Of a stretch of 27,577 nucleotides of DNA, positions 8,341-17,123 are shown piece after piece. Made by a program: the position numbers and the translations under genes. The stretch spans positions 1-27,577 of the forward strand of contig JBFKMY010000001.1 in NCBI GenBank assembly GCA_041629615.1, in the 5' to 3' direction. The stretch's first letter is position 1; each line of letters begins with the position of its first letter. The notes under the pieces were generated by a model. The model was not told the DNA's origin and searched no databases. It was given only the letters and a program-made list of their open reading frames with translations. Source of the stretch: Thermodesulfovibrionia bacterium. Lineage in GTDB: Bacteria; Nitrospirota; Thermodesulfovibrionia; UBA6902.

Positions 8341-9219
8341 TCAGACACAATCATTATTAAATGCCGAGTTTTTTATGAATTCCTTTAAGTCCTTCCCGAT
8401 GTCCTCTCTGTCCAGCGCGTATTTAAGTATTGCTTTCAGGTAATTTAAGGGATCTCCCGTTGTGAGCCACTCACCGCCCTCCACCTCTTTAGCCAGAAAA
8501 ATACCACCGTCATTAACGTACTTTCGAATCGCGTCAACAATCCAGAGCTCATTGTCTTTGCCGAGGGGAATGTTTCTTAAAATATCTATGATTTCCTGAT
8601 TTAAAATCATGCGACCGAAATCCGCCAGCTGCGACGGCGCCTCATTGACAGGGGGTTTTTCCACAATATCCTCGATCTCCATGGTCCCTTCTCTCAGCTT
8701 TACGATCCCGTAACGGTCAACCACCTCTTTCGGCACTTTCTGTACGCCAATCATCAAATGGCCGTGGTTCTGGTAATCTTCTACCATTTGTTTGGTAAAG
8801 GGGACCCTGGATTTAACGAGATCGTCGCCCCAAATGTACACGAATGTTTCGTCCTCGACCAGGCTGGCTGCGGACAACACCGGTGTTCCATTTCCGTAAG
8901 GTCCTTTCTGTCTGATATAGATGAAATTTGCCATATCGGCCACTCTCTTTACATCCTTAAGCCGGTTCAGTTTGCCTGCTTTCTTGAGCTCATCAACCAG
9001 CGCCCAGTTATGATCAAAGTGGTCTTCCAGAGGTTTCTTGTCCCACTTTGTTACAAGAATAATGTCTTCTATCCCTGCTTCTACCAATTCTTCAACAACC
9101 AGCTGAATGATCGGCTTGTCCACGATCGGCAGCATTTCTTTGGGCATGGTCTTTGTTGCCGGCAGAAAACGTGTGCCCGAACCTGCTACCGCTACCACTG
9201 CTTTCCTGATTTTTGACAT
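8341..9219 (-). CDS. galU: UTP--glucose-1-phosphate uridylyltransferase (GalU-like sugar nucleotidyltransferase)
   Basis: AGSGTRFLPATKTMPKEMLPIVDKP, EDHFD, YIRQ, GDD, YGIV and VEKP. RBS AAGGAG. Confidence 0.85.
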   Translation of the reverse strand: MSKIRKAVVAVAGSGTRFLPATKTMPKEMLPIVDKPIIQLVVEELVEAGIEDIILVTKWDKKPLEDHFDHNWALVDELKKAGKLNRLKDVKRVADMANFIYIRQKGPYGNGTPVLSAASLVEDETFVYIWGDDLVKSRVPFTKQMVEDYQNHGHLMIGVQKVPKEVVDRYGIVKLREGTMEIEDIVEKPPVNEAPSQLADFGRMILNQEIIDILRNIPLGKDNELWIVDAIRKYVNDGGIFLAKEVEGGEWLTTGDPLNYLKAILKYALDREDIGKDLKEFIKNSAFNNDCV

Positions 9220-9400
9220 AATGCTATGGCTCCTTGTTTATTATTAAATATGCTGAATTATAGTACAGGGACTATCTCGACCGGACAACCCTTTTCAATT
9301 ATGTCTCAGAGGGTTTCGATGAAATATATTTAATTTTAGATAAGATCGAAAGATTATGCAATAAATATCTTGGACCGGTGTTTCCCGTTGAGGGAGTTTA

Positions 9401-9429
9401 TTGACAAAAATCGCATAATCCCTTACATT
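9401..9429 (+). promoter_or_regulatory. Sigma70-type promoter upstream of the osmC-pgpA genes
   Basis: TTGACA (9401-9406) - 17 nt - TACATT (9424-9429). RBS AGGAGG precedes ATG 9465. Confidence 0.65.
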
Positions 9430-9464
9430 TTAATCATTTCAGAATAATACCCAGGAGGCGTATA

Positions 9465-9881
9465 ATGAAAAGCAGGATCAAATTTGTAGAAAATATGCAA
9501 TTTGTTGGCACATCCGATTCCGGACATGCAGTGGTAATGGATGCCCCGCCGTCTGTCGGCGGGAAAAATACAGGAACGAAACCGTCGGAACTGCTTCTTG
9601 TTGCACTGGGCGGCTGCTCCGGGATGGATGTGATTTCAATTTTGAGAAAGAAGAAACAGGCAGTTACAAATTTTGAAATGAACGTGAACGGAGAGACGCC
9701 CGATTATCACCCCCGTTCGTTTACCGATATCCATATTGAGTTTGTTATAACGGGCAGGAACATATCCGAAGAAGCGGTACAGAGGGCAATTGATCTGTCA
9801 ATGAATAAATATTGCATGGTGGGAAATACGATTGGCAAGGCCGCAAAGATAACGCATTCGTATAAGATCATCAGTGCTTGA
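9465..9881 (+). CDS. OsmC-family protein (YhfA-like)
   Basis: PSELLLVALGGCSGMDV and SMNKYCMV, carrying the two conserved Cys of the OsmC/Ohr fold. Confidence 0.9.
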   Translation: MKSRIKFVENMQFVGTSDSGHAVVMDAPPSVGGKNTGTKPSELLLVALGGCSGMDVISILRKKKQAVTNFEMNVNGETPDYHPRSFTDIHIEFVITGRNISEEAVQRAIDLSMNKYCMVGNTIGKAAKITHSYKIISA

Positions 9882-10326
9882 TAAAATACAACATGCCGTT
9901 GCAACAGTTGGCTTCATTGGGTATCTTCCCTATGCCCCCGGTACGTTTGGTTCTGCTTTAGGGTTTGTGCTTGTCCTATTCACCATGCCTGATGACGGGC
10001 GTCTCTTCATGATATTTCTGTGTTTACTGGTCCTGGGGACAGTCAGTGCACACAATGCGGAGAAGTTTTTTGGAAAGGACAGCGGACGTATCGTCATAGA
10101 TGAGCTGTGCGGGTACTTCCTTTCTGTTTTGCTTGTCCCGAAAACATTCGGCTATCTCTTCGGCGCGTTTTTATTATTCAGGGTATTTGATATTGTGAAA
10201 CCGCCCCCCATACGCAGGGCTGAAGAAACAGTTCCAGGAGGGGCCGGGATTATGCTTGATGATCTGCTGGCAGGAATATACACGAATCTTTGCCTGCAGA
10301 TATGGATATATATTTTTGCAGCGTAA
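9874..10326 (+). CDS. pgpA: Phosphatidylglycerophosphatase A
   Basis: GYLPYAPGTFGS, DSGRIVIDELCG, FRVFDIVKPPPI and GIMLDDLLAG. The GTG start overlaps the osmC stop by 8 nt. Confidence 0.92.
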   Translation: MLDKIQHAVATVGFIGYLPYAPGTFGSALGFVLVLFTMPDDGRLFMIFLCLLVLGTVSAHNAEKFFGKDSGRIVIDELCGYFLSVLLVPKTFGYLFGAFLLFRVFDIVKPPPIRRAEETVPGGAGIMLDDLLAGIYTNLCLQIWIYIFAA

Positions 10327-10361
10327 TAACGTCAAATGATTTTTTATTTTTAAAGCTTCTG

Positions 10362-10370
10362 TGGTATTCT
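10362..10370 (+). promoter_or_regulatory. Putative extended -10 element upstream of thpR-recA
   Basis: TGGTATTCT preceded by an AT-rich tract. Confidence 0.35.
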
Positions 10371-10422
10371 ATTGTGAAAATTACGGTGAGGTCACATTGG
10401 AACGTAAAAGACAGACCGGGCC

Positions 10423-11001
10423 TTGAGAAGTTTTATTGCGATAGAATTGCCAGATACAGCAAAATCTGCCCTTGCTGAACTTCAGCGGGAGTTGAAAAAA
10501 ACAGGGGCCGATATACGGTGGGTAAAACCGGACAATCTTCATCTCACACTGAAATTTCTCGGCAATATCGAGGAGAAAGTCATTGGCACTCTTGTACAGG
10601 TCATGCGGGGGACATGCAATAAATATACACCATTTAATCTTGAAATCAAGGGAATGGGCTTTTTCCCGAACGTGAGGTCTCCAAGGATTATATGGGTCGG
10701 AATAAATGGAAACACCGCTATGACCGGGATTCAGAGTGAAATTGACAGCGGTCTCTCTTCCCTTGGGTTTGAGAGGGAGAAGAGGAACTATGCTCCTCAT
10801 TTAACGCTTGGCAGGTTCAGGACGTCTCAGGGCAAGAGGCTCATAACAGAAGCAGTGGAGCAGTTCAGCAACAGAAGCTTCGGAGTGATCGGGGTAGAAT
10901 CTTTATCTCTGATGAGAAGCGACCTCCATCAGGCGGGAGCCCGATATACAAAAATAGCAGAAATTTCACTCCGAGAGACGGGCCCTGAGAGTGCCAGATA
11001 G
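10423..11001 (+). CDS. thpR: RNA 2',3'-cyclic phosphodiesterase (2H phosphoesterase)
   Basis: MRSFIAIELP N-terminus, two HxT motifs (LHLTLKF and PHLTLGR), and PRIIWVG. TTG start. Confidence 0.92.
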   Translation: MRSFIAIELPDTAKSALAELQRELKKTGADIRWVKPDNLHLTLKFLGNIEEKVIGTLVQVMRGTCNKYTPFNLEIKGMGFFPNVRSPRIIWVGINGNTAMTGIQSEIDSGLSSLGFEREKRNYAPHLTLGRFRTSQGKRLITEAVEQFSNRSFGVIGVESLSLMRSDLHQAGARYTKIAEISLRETGPESAR

Positions 11002-11060
11002 TTTTGATGTTCGGTGTCCGGATTATGGGGTTTTAATTTTTAATATATGAAGGAGGAACA

Positions 11061-12062
11061 ATGTCTGATAAAGATCGTACCAAGGCCCTTGAAGTTGCCA
11101 TATCACAAATAGAAAAACAATTCGGCAAAGGCGCCATCATGCGCCTCGGCTCTGAGGGGGTTGTTGAGGTCCCCGCCATTTCAACCGGCTCTATCGGTCT
11201 GGATGCGGCCCTTGGGGTAGGAGGTTTCCCCCGAGGCAGGGTCATTGAGATTTACGGTCCTGAATCGTCCGGGAAGACAACCCTTGCCCTGAGTGCAATT
11301 GCGCAGGCACAGAAAGCAGGGGGATCAGCGGCCTTTATTGATGCTGAACATGCGCTGGATGTGTCCTATGCGGGAAGACTGGGTGTGAACGTCAACGACC
11401 TCCTCATAAGCCAGCCTGACACAGGGGAGCAGGCGCTGGAAGTTACCGAAACGCTGGTCCGCAGCGGAGCACTTGATATTGTCATTATCGATTCAGTAGC
11501 AGCCCTTGTTCCGAGGGCAGAGATTGAAGGTGAAATGGGTGACAGTCTCCCCGGTCTTCAGGCGCGTCTTATGAGCCAGGCAATGAGGAAGCTCACATCT
11601 GCAATTGCAAAGGGCCAGACAACGGTGGTCTTCATCAACCAGATACGAATGAAAATAGGAGTCATGTTCGGTAACCCTGAAACCACGACAGGGGGAAATG
11701 CACTTAAGTTTTATTCGTCGGTCCGGCTTGATATCAGAAGGATTGAACAACTGAAAAGCGCCCAGGAAGCGGTAGGCAACAGGGTAAGAGTAAAGGTCGT
11801 AAAAAATAAAGTTGCCCCGCCTTTTAAACAGGCGGAATTTGATATATACTTTAATCAGGGGATTTCAAGAGAGGGGGAACTTATCGATCTTGGAATTGAA
11901 AAGAAAATAGTCGAACGGGCAGGCGCATGGTATTCATACAACGGCAACAGGGTAGGTCAGGGGAGAGAAAACGCCAAGCAGTATCTTAATGAACATCCTG
12001 AAATAGCTCAGGAAATTGAGGAAAAGCTGCTTGAGGAATATAATTTAAGGGGTAAGGTATGA
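11061..12062 (+). CDS. recA: Recombinase RecA
   Basis: [61 protein letters not shown] and [20 protein letters not shown]. Confidence 0.99.
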   Translation: MSDKDRTKALEVAISQIEKQFGKGAIMRLGSEGVVEVPAISTGSIGLDAALGVGGFPRGRVIEIYGPESSGKTTLALSAIAQAQKAGGSAAFIDAEHALDVSYAGRLGVNVNDLLISQPDTGEQALEVTETLVRSGALDIVIIDSVAALVPRAEIEGEMGDSLPGLQARLMSQAMRKLTSAIAKGQTTVVFINQIRMKIGVMFGNPETTTGGNALKFYSSVRLDIRRIEQLKSAQEAVGNRVRVKVVKNKVAPPFKQAEFDIYFNQGISREGELIDLGIEKKIVERAGAWYSYNGNRVGQGRENAKQYLNEHPEIAQEIEEKLLEEYNLRGKV

Positions 12063-13219
12063 ACACAGACATAAATGCTCTTTTAGAAAAAGCGGTCAGG
12101 CAGAATGCATCGGACGTGCATTTGAAAGTCGGCAGCCATCCCATTATCCGGATCGACGGGGCACTGAGTGCCTTGCAGGATGAGCCCAAACTCACTTTTG
12201 AGGATATGCAGTACATTGCCACTGTTGTCATGAAAGAACCGCAGAGAGAGGAATTTGAGAGAAGCCGTGAGGTTGATATGGCCTATAGTATTTCAGGACT
12301 TGGAAGGTTCCGGTGTAATGGCTATTACCAGAGGGGTACAATCGGCATTGTCTTCCGGGTTATTCCTCCGAAGATTCTTGAACTGGAAGAACTGCTGATG
12401 CCTATTGTCATAAAAAAAGTCGCCCTCGAACCCAGGGGCCTGATTCTTGTTACCGGTACAACGGGAAGCGGTAAGTCTACAACGCTTGCATCGATGATCG
12501 ACTATATAAATTCTAACCGTTCAGTAAATATTATAACGATTGAAGATCCGATCGAGTTTTTACACAGGGACAGAAGAAGTATTGTGAGCCAGCGCGAGAT
12601 AGGCATTGATGCGACAACCTTTGCCAAGTCATTGAGGGCAGCGCTGCGGCAGGACCCTGATGTTATTCTTGTAGGTGAAATGCGTGACTTTGAGACCATC
12701 AAAACAGCACTCGACGCTGCGGAGACAGGACACCTTGTTGTCAGTACTTTGCATACAACGGACACCGTCGAGACAATAAACAGGGTCATATCTGTTTTTC
12801 CCCCCTACCAGCACAGTCAGGTACGGGCACAGCTTGGCTCTGTTCTGAAGGCCATTATATCCATGCGGCTTATTCCGCGTTCAGACGGCAAAGGGAGGGT
12901 GCCTGCAGTTGAGGTACTTATTAATACCGCTACCATCAGAAGCTGTATTGAGGACGCTGACAAGACAAAAAATATCCACGATTACATCGCAGAAGGGGTG
13001 AGCCAGTACGGGATGCAGACCTTTGATCAATCGCTTATGAGCCTTTTCCATAATGAACTGATCACCTATGAGGATGCTATCAATATAGCGACAAATCCCG
13101 ATGACTTTGCACTGAAAGTCAAGGGAGTACAGTCCACGAAAGACATATGGGGAGCTGGCGGCGAGATAGGTGGACGTAAAGATCATGGAGGCCCGGATAT
13201 TGAAAGGTTCTCCCGCTGA
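12059..13219 (+). CDS. pilT: PilT/PilU-family type IV pilus retraction-type ATPase paralogue
   Basis: Walker [39 protein letters not shown] and GMQTFDQSL. The AIRNLIRE helix reads TIRSCIED, so it may not be the canonical PilT. ATGA overlap with recA. Confidence 0.85.
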   Translation: MNTDINALLEKAVRQNASDVHLKVGSHPIIRIDGALSALQDEPKLTFEDMQYIATVVMKEPQREEFERSREVDMAYSISGLGRFRCNGYYQRGTIGIVFRVIPPKILELEELLMPIVIKKVALEPRGLILVTGTTGSGKSTTLASMIDYINSNRSVNIITIEDPIEFLHRDRRSIVSQREIGIDATTFAKSLRAALRQDPDVILVGEMRDFETIKTALDAAETGHLVVSTLHTTDTVETINRVISVFPPYQHSQVRAQLGSVLKAIISMRLIPRSDGKGRVPAVEVLINTATIRSCIEDADKTKNIHDYIAEGVSQYGMQTFDQSLMSLFHNELITYEDAINIATNPDDFALKVKGVQSTKDIWGAGGEIGGRKDHGGPDIERFSR

Positions 13220-13667
13220 TGCAAAAAGAACTGCATTAAAACTCCTCAGCTACCGCTCGAGAAGCAGAAAAGAATTGCACGAAAGGCTGGAAAGAAAGGG
13301 CTTTGAAAGCGGACAGATTACGGAAGTAATCACCCTTCTTGAACATGCAGGCTTAATAAACGACAAAGCCCTTGCCTCGGACCTGCTTGCCTATTCAATG
13401 GAAAGAAAATACCTCGGTAAAAAAGGAATCAGGATGTTTCTTATGAAACGCGGCATCGATCGGGAGCTTATTGATAAGACCCTTTCGTTGCTTTCCCCGG
13501 ACATGGAGGACAGGACCGCACTCGCGCTGGTGGAAAAAAAAATGGATGCGTTAGGGAATGTTCCCAATAATGTTGCAAAGAGAAGATTATGGGGGATGCT
13601 GCAGCGCAGGGGGTTCCCCTTTGAGGTGATCAGCAGGGCAGTCAATTCGGTTCTCCGCGGGAAATAA
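13200..13667 (+). CDS. recX: Regulatory protein RecX
   Basis: ALKLLSYRSRSRKELHERL, GLINDKALA, LMKRGID and LQRRGFPFEVI. TTG at 13200 is preferred because GGAGG lies 8 nt upstream; the ORF is open from 13170. Confidence 0.88.
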   Translation: MKGSPADAKRTALKLLSYRSRSRKELHERLERKGFESGQITEVITLLEHAGLINDKALASDLLAYSMERKYLGKKGIRMFLMKRGIDRELIDKTLSLLSPDMEDRTALALVEKKMDALGNVPNNVAKRRLWGMLQRRGFPFEVISRAVNSVLRGK

Positions 13668-13761
13668 CAGGAAATGCCCACTGCATAGTATTCAAAGAGA
13701 AATATGATTGTCACCTTCCGTTGTTGATATGCGTTGAAGTGTCTAAAATACCATGAAAATT

Positions 13762-13770
13762 TGATATAAT
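13762..13770 (+). promoter_or_regulatory. Extended -10 promoter for pfkA
   Basis: TGATATAAT about 40 nt upstream of the start, with RBS AAGGAG. Confidence 0.55.
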
Positions 13771-13811
13771 GGGAAGAACCAGGGACGGATTGTTGTGGAA
13801 AGGAGCGGGAC

Positions 13812-14906
13812 ATGGGAAAAAGATTAAGGATTGCCCTGAATACCGGAGGGGGAGATGCCCCGGGACTCAATGCTGTCATTAAGGCAGTCGTGATGGCAGC
13901 CCACAACAGGAACTGGGAGGTGTTCGGCATCAGGAACGGGTATGCCGGGCTCCTTGATACAGACGAGATCCTCCATCTGACCCCCAAGGAAGTTCGTGAT
14001 ATCTCAAATATGGGAGGGACCATTCTCGGCACTACCAATAAGGGCAACCCTTTTAAAATGCCTGTGACCGCTATGAACGGTGAGACAGCACTTCACGATA
14101 TTTCCGACAGGGTAGTGGCGAATTTCAGGCGTCTCCGTTTTGATTGCCTGATCGCCGTGGGGGGTGACGGCAGTCTTGAGATTGCATATAATTTTTACAA
14201 AAAAGGAATCCCCGTTGTGGGGGTCCCCAAGACCATTGATAATGACCTCGTGTCAACGGTAATCACCTTTGGTTTTGATACGGCCGTGAGCATTGCCACC
14301 GAGGCCATAGACCGTCTTCATTCCACCGCCAAGTCACATGAACGGATTATGGTGGTCGAGGTCATGGGAAGGAATGCCGGCTGGATTGCCCTTAACAGCG
14401 GAATGTCAAGTGTTGCCGATGTTATTCTCATTCCGGAGATCCCCTTTGATATAGATAAGGTATGCGACCACATTATGGGATGCGAGCTGCGCGGACAGCG
14501 CTATGCGATTGTCGTTGCTGCCGAAGGTGCTGTTTCACAAGACGGGCGTTCATTTAACCGGGGAACAGGAGAGGTGGGAAGGCAGGGTGTTGTGCTCGGC
14601 GGCATAGCAGAGGCTCTGGCTAGGGAATTGGCCGTGAAGACAGGAAAAGATGCACGCTCGCTGGTCCTCGGCCATTTGCAGCGCGGGGGCTCTCCCACAA
14701 CATTTGACCGGCTGATCGCACTTCGTTTTGGCGCAGCAGCGGTCCGCATGATTGAGGAGGGAAAATTTGGAATGATGGTTGCCTTCACCCCTCCTACGGT
14801 AAGTGCCGTTCCTCTCAGCGACGTGATCGGGAGAATAAAAAGGGTCCCGGTCGATAATGACACCATAATGGCGGCAAGGGAAATCGGTATTTCTTTCGGT
14901 GACTGA
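13812..14906 (+). CDS. pfkA: 6-phosphofructokinase, PfkA family (probably ATP-dependent)
   Basis: TGGGDAPGLN, GGTILGT, GGDGS, PKTIDND, VEVMGR, AEGA and LGHLQRGG. Confidence 0.95.
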   Translation: MGKRLRIALNTGGGDAPGLNAVIKAVVMAAHNRNWEVFGIRNGYAGLLDTDEILHLTPKEVRDISNMGGTILGTTNKGNPFKMPVTAMNGETALHDISDRVVANFRRLRFDCLIAVGGDGSLEIAYNFYKKGIPVVGVPKTIDNDLVSTVITFGFDTAVSIATEAIDRLHSTAKSHERIMVVEVMGRNAGWIALNSGMSSVADVILIPEIPFDIDKVCDHIMGCELRGQRYAIVVAAEGAVSQDGRSFNRGTGEVGRQGVVLGGIAEALARELAVKTGKDARSLVLGHLQRGGSPTTFDRLIALRFGAAAVRMIEEGKFGMMVAFTPPTVSAVPLSDVIGRIKRVPVDNDTIMAAREIGISFGD

Positions 14907-14928
14907 AGGGGACGGTCCTTTTTCCCGG

Positions 14929-16506
14929 TCAGTTTTCTCCGTGAATACTATCAGCATTCAGTATAAAGAACGGGGCATGGTTTGATGTAAATACAGGAGG
15001 GTCTTTTCGCAGTATCTCCGATACTGCCCGATGCTTTCTGAATTCTTTGTCCAGAAAATCTCTGACCCGCCGTCTGTCCCAGCCTCCGGGATGCCTGAAG
15101 TCAGTGTAGAGGGAGAGGTCCCCTTCATAAAAACTGCTCGTTTCATAATTGCCCGTCTCCTGACTGCAGACAGGCATATTAAACAATGCGAGATTCAGGA
15201 AACCAATTTCATCCTTATGTCTGACAACAAAATCAAGGGTATTGCGGGCCTCATAAAGTGTTTCAGGCGGCGTACCGAAAAGAAGATAGACGTATATGGC
15301 TATTCCGGCCTTTTTCAAAGTCCTTAAAACCACGGATGCTGTTTCAATATCAATTCCCTTGTGCATGCGGTCAAGTACTCCCTGGTCTCCTGATTCCAGC
15401 CCGAGTTTCAGCATTACACAGCCCGCCTTTTTCAGGGTAATGCAAAACTCCATATCCGTTAAAAGAGTGCTTATCCGGGCGAAGCCATACCAGGGAACTC
15501 CCGGGGGATGAACGGCAAGTCTTTTCAGTATGGCTGGACTGATTGCGTTGTCAAGCAGATGAACAATGGTCGGGCCCGTCATTGTGATGAGCGTGTCAAG
15601 GTCCTGCATCACCCGTTCGGCGGAGGCGGGAACATAGGGATTGCCTTCCGCTTTCTCCGGACAAAAAGAGCACCTGTTCCAATAGCACCCCCGTGAAGCG
15701 CTGTAGGGAAGAATGTGCCCCGGCGCCAAGTAATCATTCAATGGTAATGAAGAATAATCGGGGGTGCAATCTGTTTCTTTTATTGCACTGATCTTCATGA
15801 TTGTGAGCAGGGCCTGTTCACCCTGTCCGTTTATGAGATGATCAACAAGTCCGTTAAAGGGGTTTTGCCAGTCAGGATTGTTCATCCAGGAAGTGACAAG
15901 TCCTCCGCCGAGGATGATTGTTATTTCATGAAAGTTCTGTCGAATAAAACCGATCATTGCAAATGAGCACAATGCCTGGCTTAAATAATTAATGGAAAAC
16001 CCTATGAGCGGGGAAACACTGCTGTCCACGAGCTCCGGTATGCGCATGGAAAAATAGGGATAAAAGGGATTACGCTCAGGGTGTTCAGCAGCCCTGATAA
16101 GGTCGGCGCTTCTTAACGGGGAAAGCTTTCCCTGCTGGAAATTCGCAAGTCCGAGGGTTGCATGGTGATCACATAATTTTTCAATCCCGTGATTCAGGTC
16201 AGTAACAGCCCGTTTGTAGCGGTCAATATGGGAATAGGTGTGCCAGTTCCTGAGAGCATCGTAATTGTCTGTTAGAGTACGAAGAGCACGCCTGGTCCAT
16301 CTGTCTGATGAAGCCCCGGACAGTGGGGGCCTGTTAATCATATGCCGGAGCCCTTCAATATTTGCATCCAGGAGGAGCGGGTGTATACCGTGCTTTATAA
16401 GTGCGCCTGCAAGTTTGGCTATACCGGCGGGAGGCTCGCCGGGTTTTGCAACAGGAGGGTAAATAAGTATCATAAATAAGTGCTTATGCCTTCGCGAGGC
16501 ATACAC
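14929..16506 (-). CDS. B12-binding-like radical SAM domain protein with a CX4CX2C motif
   Basis: SRGCYWNRCSFC at 15661-15687, plus GLESGD and LLFGTPPET. The N-terminus is LIYPP...EPPAG with a later ILGGG. The start is either GTG 16506 (AAGGA upstream) or ATG 16473. Confidence 0.82.
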   Translation of the reverse strand: MYASRRHKHLFMILIYPPVAKPGEPPAGIAKLAGALIKHGIHPLLLDANIEGLRHMINRPPLSGASSDRWTRRALRTLTDNYDALRNWHTYSHIDRYKRAVTDLNHGIEKLCDHHATLGLANFQQGKLSPLRSADLIRAAEHPERNPFYPYFSMRIPELVDSSVSPLIGFSINYLSQALCSFAMIGFIRQNFHEITIILGGGLVTSWMNNPDWQNPFNGLVDHLINGQGEQALLTIMKISAIKETDCTPDYSSLPLNDYLAPGHILPYSASRGCYWNRCSFCPEKAEGNPYVPASAERVMQDLDTLITMTGPTIVHLLDNAISPAILKRLAVHPPGVPWYGFARISTLLTDMEFCITLKKAGCVMLKLGLESGDQGVLDRMHKGIDIETASVVLRTLKKAGIAIYVYLLFGTPPETLYEARNTLDFVVRHKDEIGFLNLALFNMPVCSQETGNYETSSFYEGDLSLYTDFRHPGGWDRRRVRDFLDKEFRKHRAVSEILRKDPPVFTSNHAPFFILNADSIHGEN

Positions 16507-16697
16507 GTTATCCTTTTATGTTTGTTGATCTTTATCCGATGCTTTATCAGGGCAGTTTCATGCGTTACGGTACAATGACGCAATAAAACTATAACAGGAA
16601 ACACCATGCTGCATCCACCCTGCAAAGAATAAACCCCGGAATGGAGCAATGCCTGCTCAAACCAACATCAATATGAATGGTAAGAACGCAATTTTAG

Positions 16698-16726
16698 TTG
16701 ACAGGCAACAGAATGTGTAGTAAAAG
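16698..16726 (+). promoter_or_regulatory. Possible sigma70 promoter in the rSAM/PilZ divergent region
   Basis: Perfect TTGACA (16698-16703) - 17 nt - TAAAAG (imperfect -10). Confidence 0.3.
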
Positions 16727-16859
16727 AACAATAAGAGAAAGCAAATAATACAAAGGCGTATCGAAGAAGAGGCAGGCTGTTGTATAAGTCAAAAAGGGCA
16801 GATAACTGATATATATGGAGAAGTTGAGAAGAGAAGAGAGCGTACATAAATCGGATACC

Positions 16860-16876
16860 ATTACACTGAGTGTAAT
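16860..16876. promoter_or_regulatory. Candidate transcription-factor operator (8-1-8 palindrome)
   Basis: ATTACACT-G-AGTGTAAT is a perfect inverted repeat in a divergent AT-rich intergenic region. Confidence 0.4.
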
Positions 16877-17123
16877 AATAACTTACAATAATCAGCGCGT
16901 TATTATATCGAAATATATTAAATTCATTTAGTTATGTAGTTAGCAAGAAAATTGCTTGTTTTTGTGAAGCACATTATTCGTGAAAACGAATATCATGGAC
17001 GCAGATAGTGGTCCTGATCTCATTCATAATCATATAGATTAACGCAGCGAGCTTTAGCAGGGGGAGAAGTATTAACGGAAAATGCCGGCTTTCTCTCCCT
17101 GTGAAGAAATCCAGAGGGTATCC

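Noticed and set aside
11001-11060. LexA/SOS box upstream of recA
   Set aside because: GTTTTGATGTTC is only a half match to GAAC-N4-GTTC, and no other known box is evident.
14907-14926. AAGGGGACGGTCCTTTTT as a terminator or REP-like word
   Set aside because: The stem needs a 3-nt loop and two GU pairs, and it occurs once. Too weak to call.
16485-16503. Hairpin TATGCCT-TCGCG-AGGCATA at the rSAM start
   Set aside because: Real 7-bp inverted repeat, but its role depends on the unresolved start codon and there is no other support.
16818-16840. GAGAAGTT-GAGAAGAG purine run as a fourth periodic repeat family
   Set aside because: Only two units, indistinguishable from low-complexity sequence.
16606-16931. 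Tiny ORFs (MLHPPCKE; MEKLRREESVHK..., 38 aa) as rSAM substrate peptides
   Set aside because: Weak or absent SD, no leader/core pattern and AT-rich intergenic composition.
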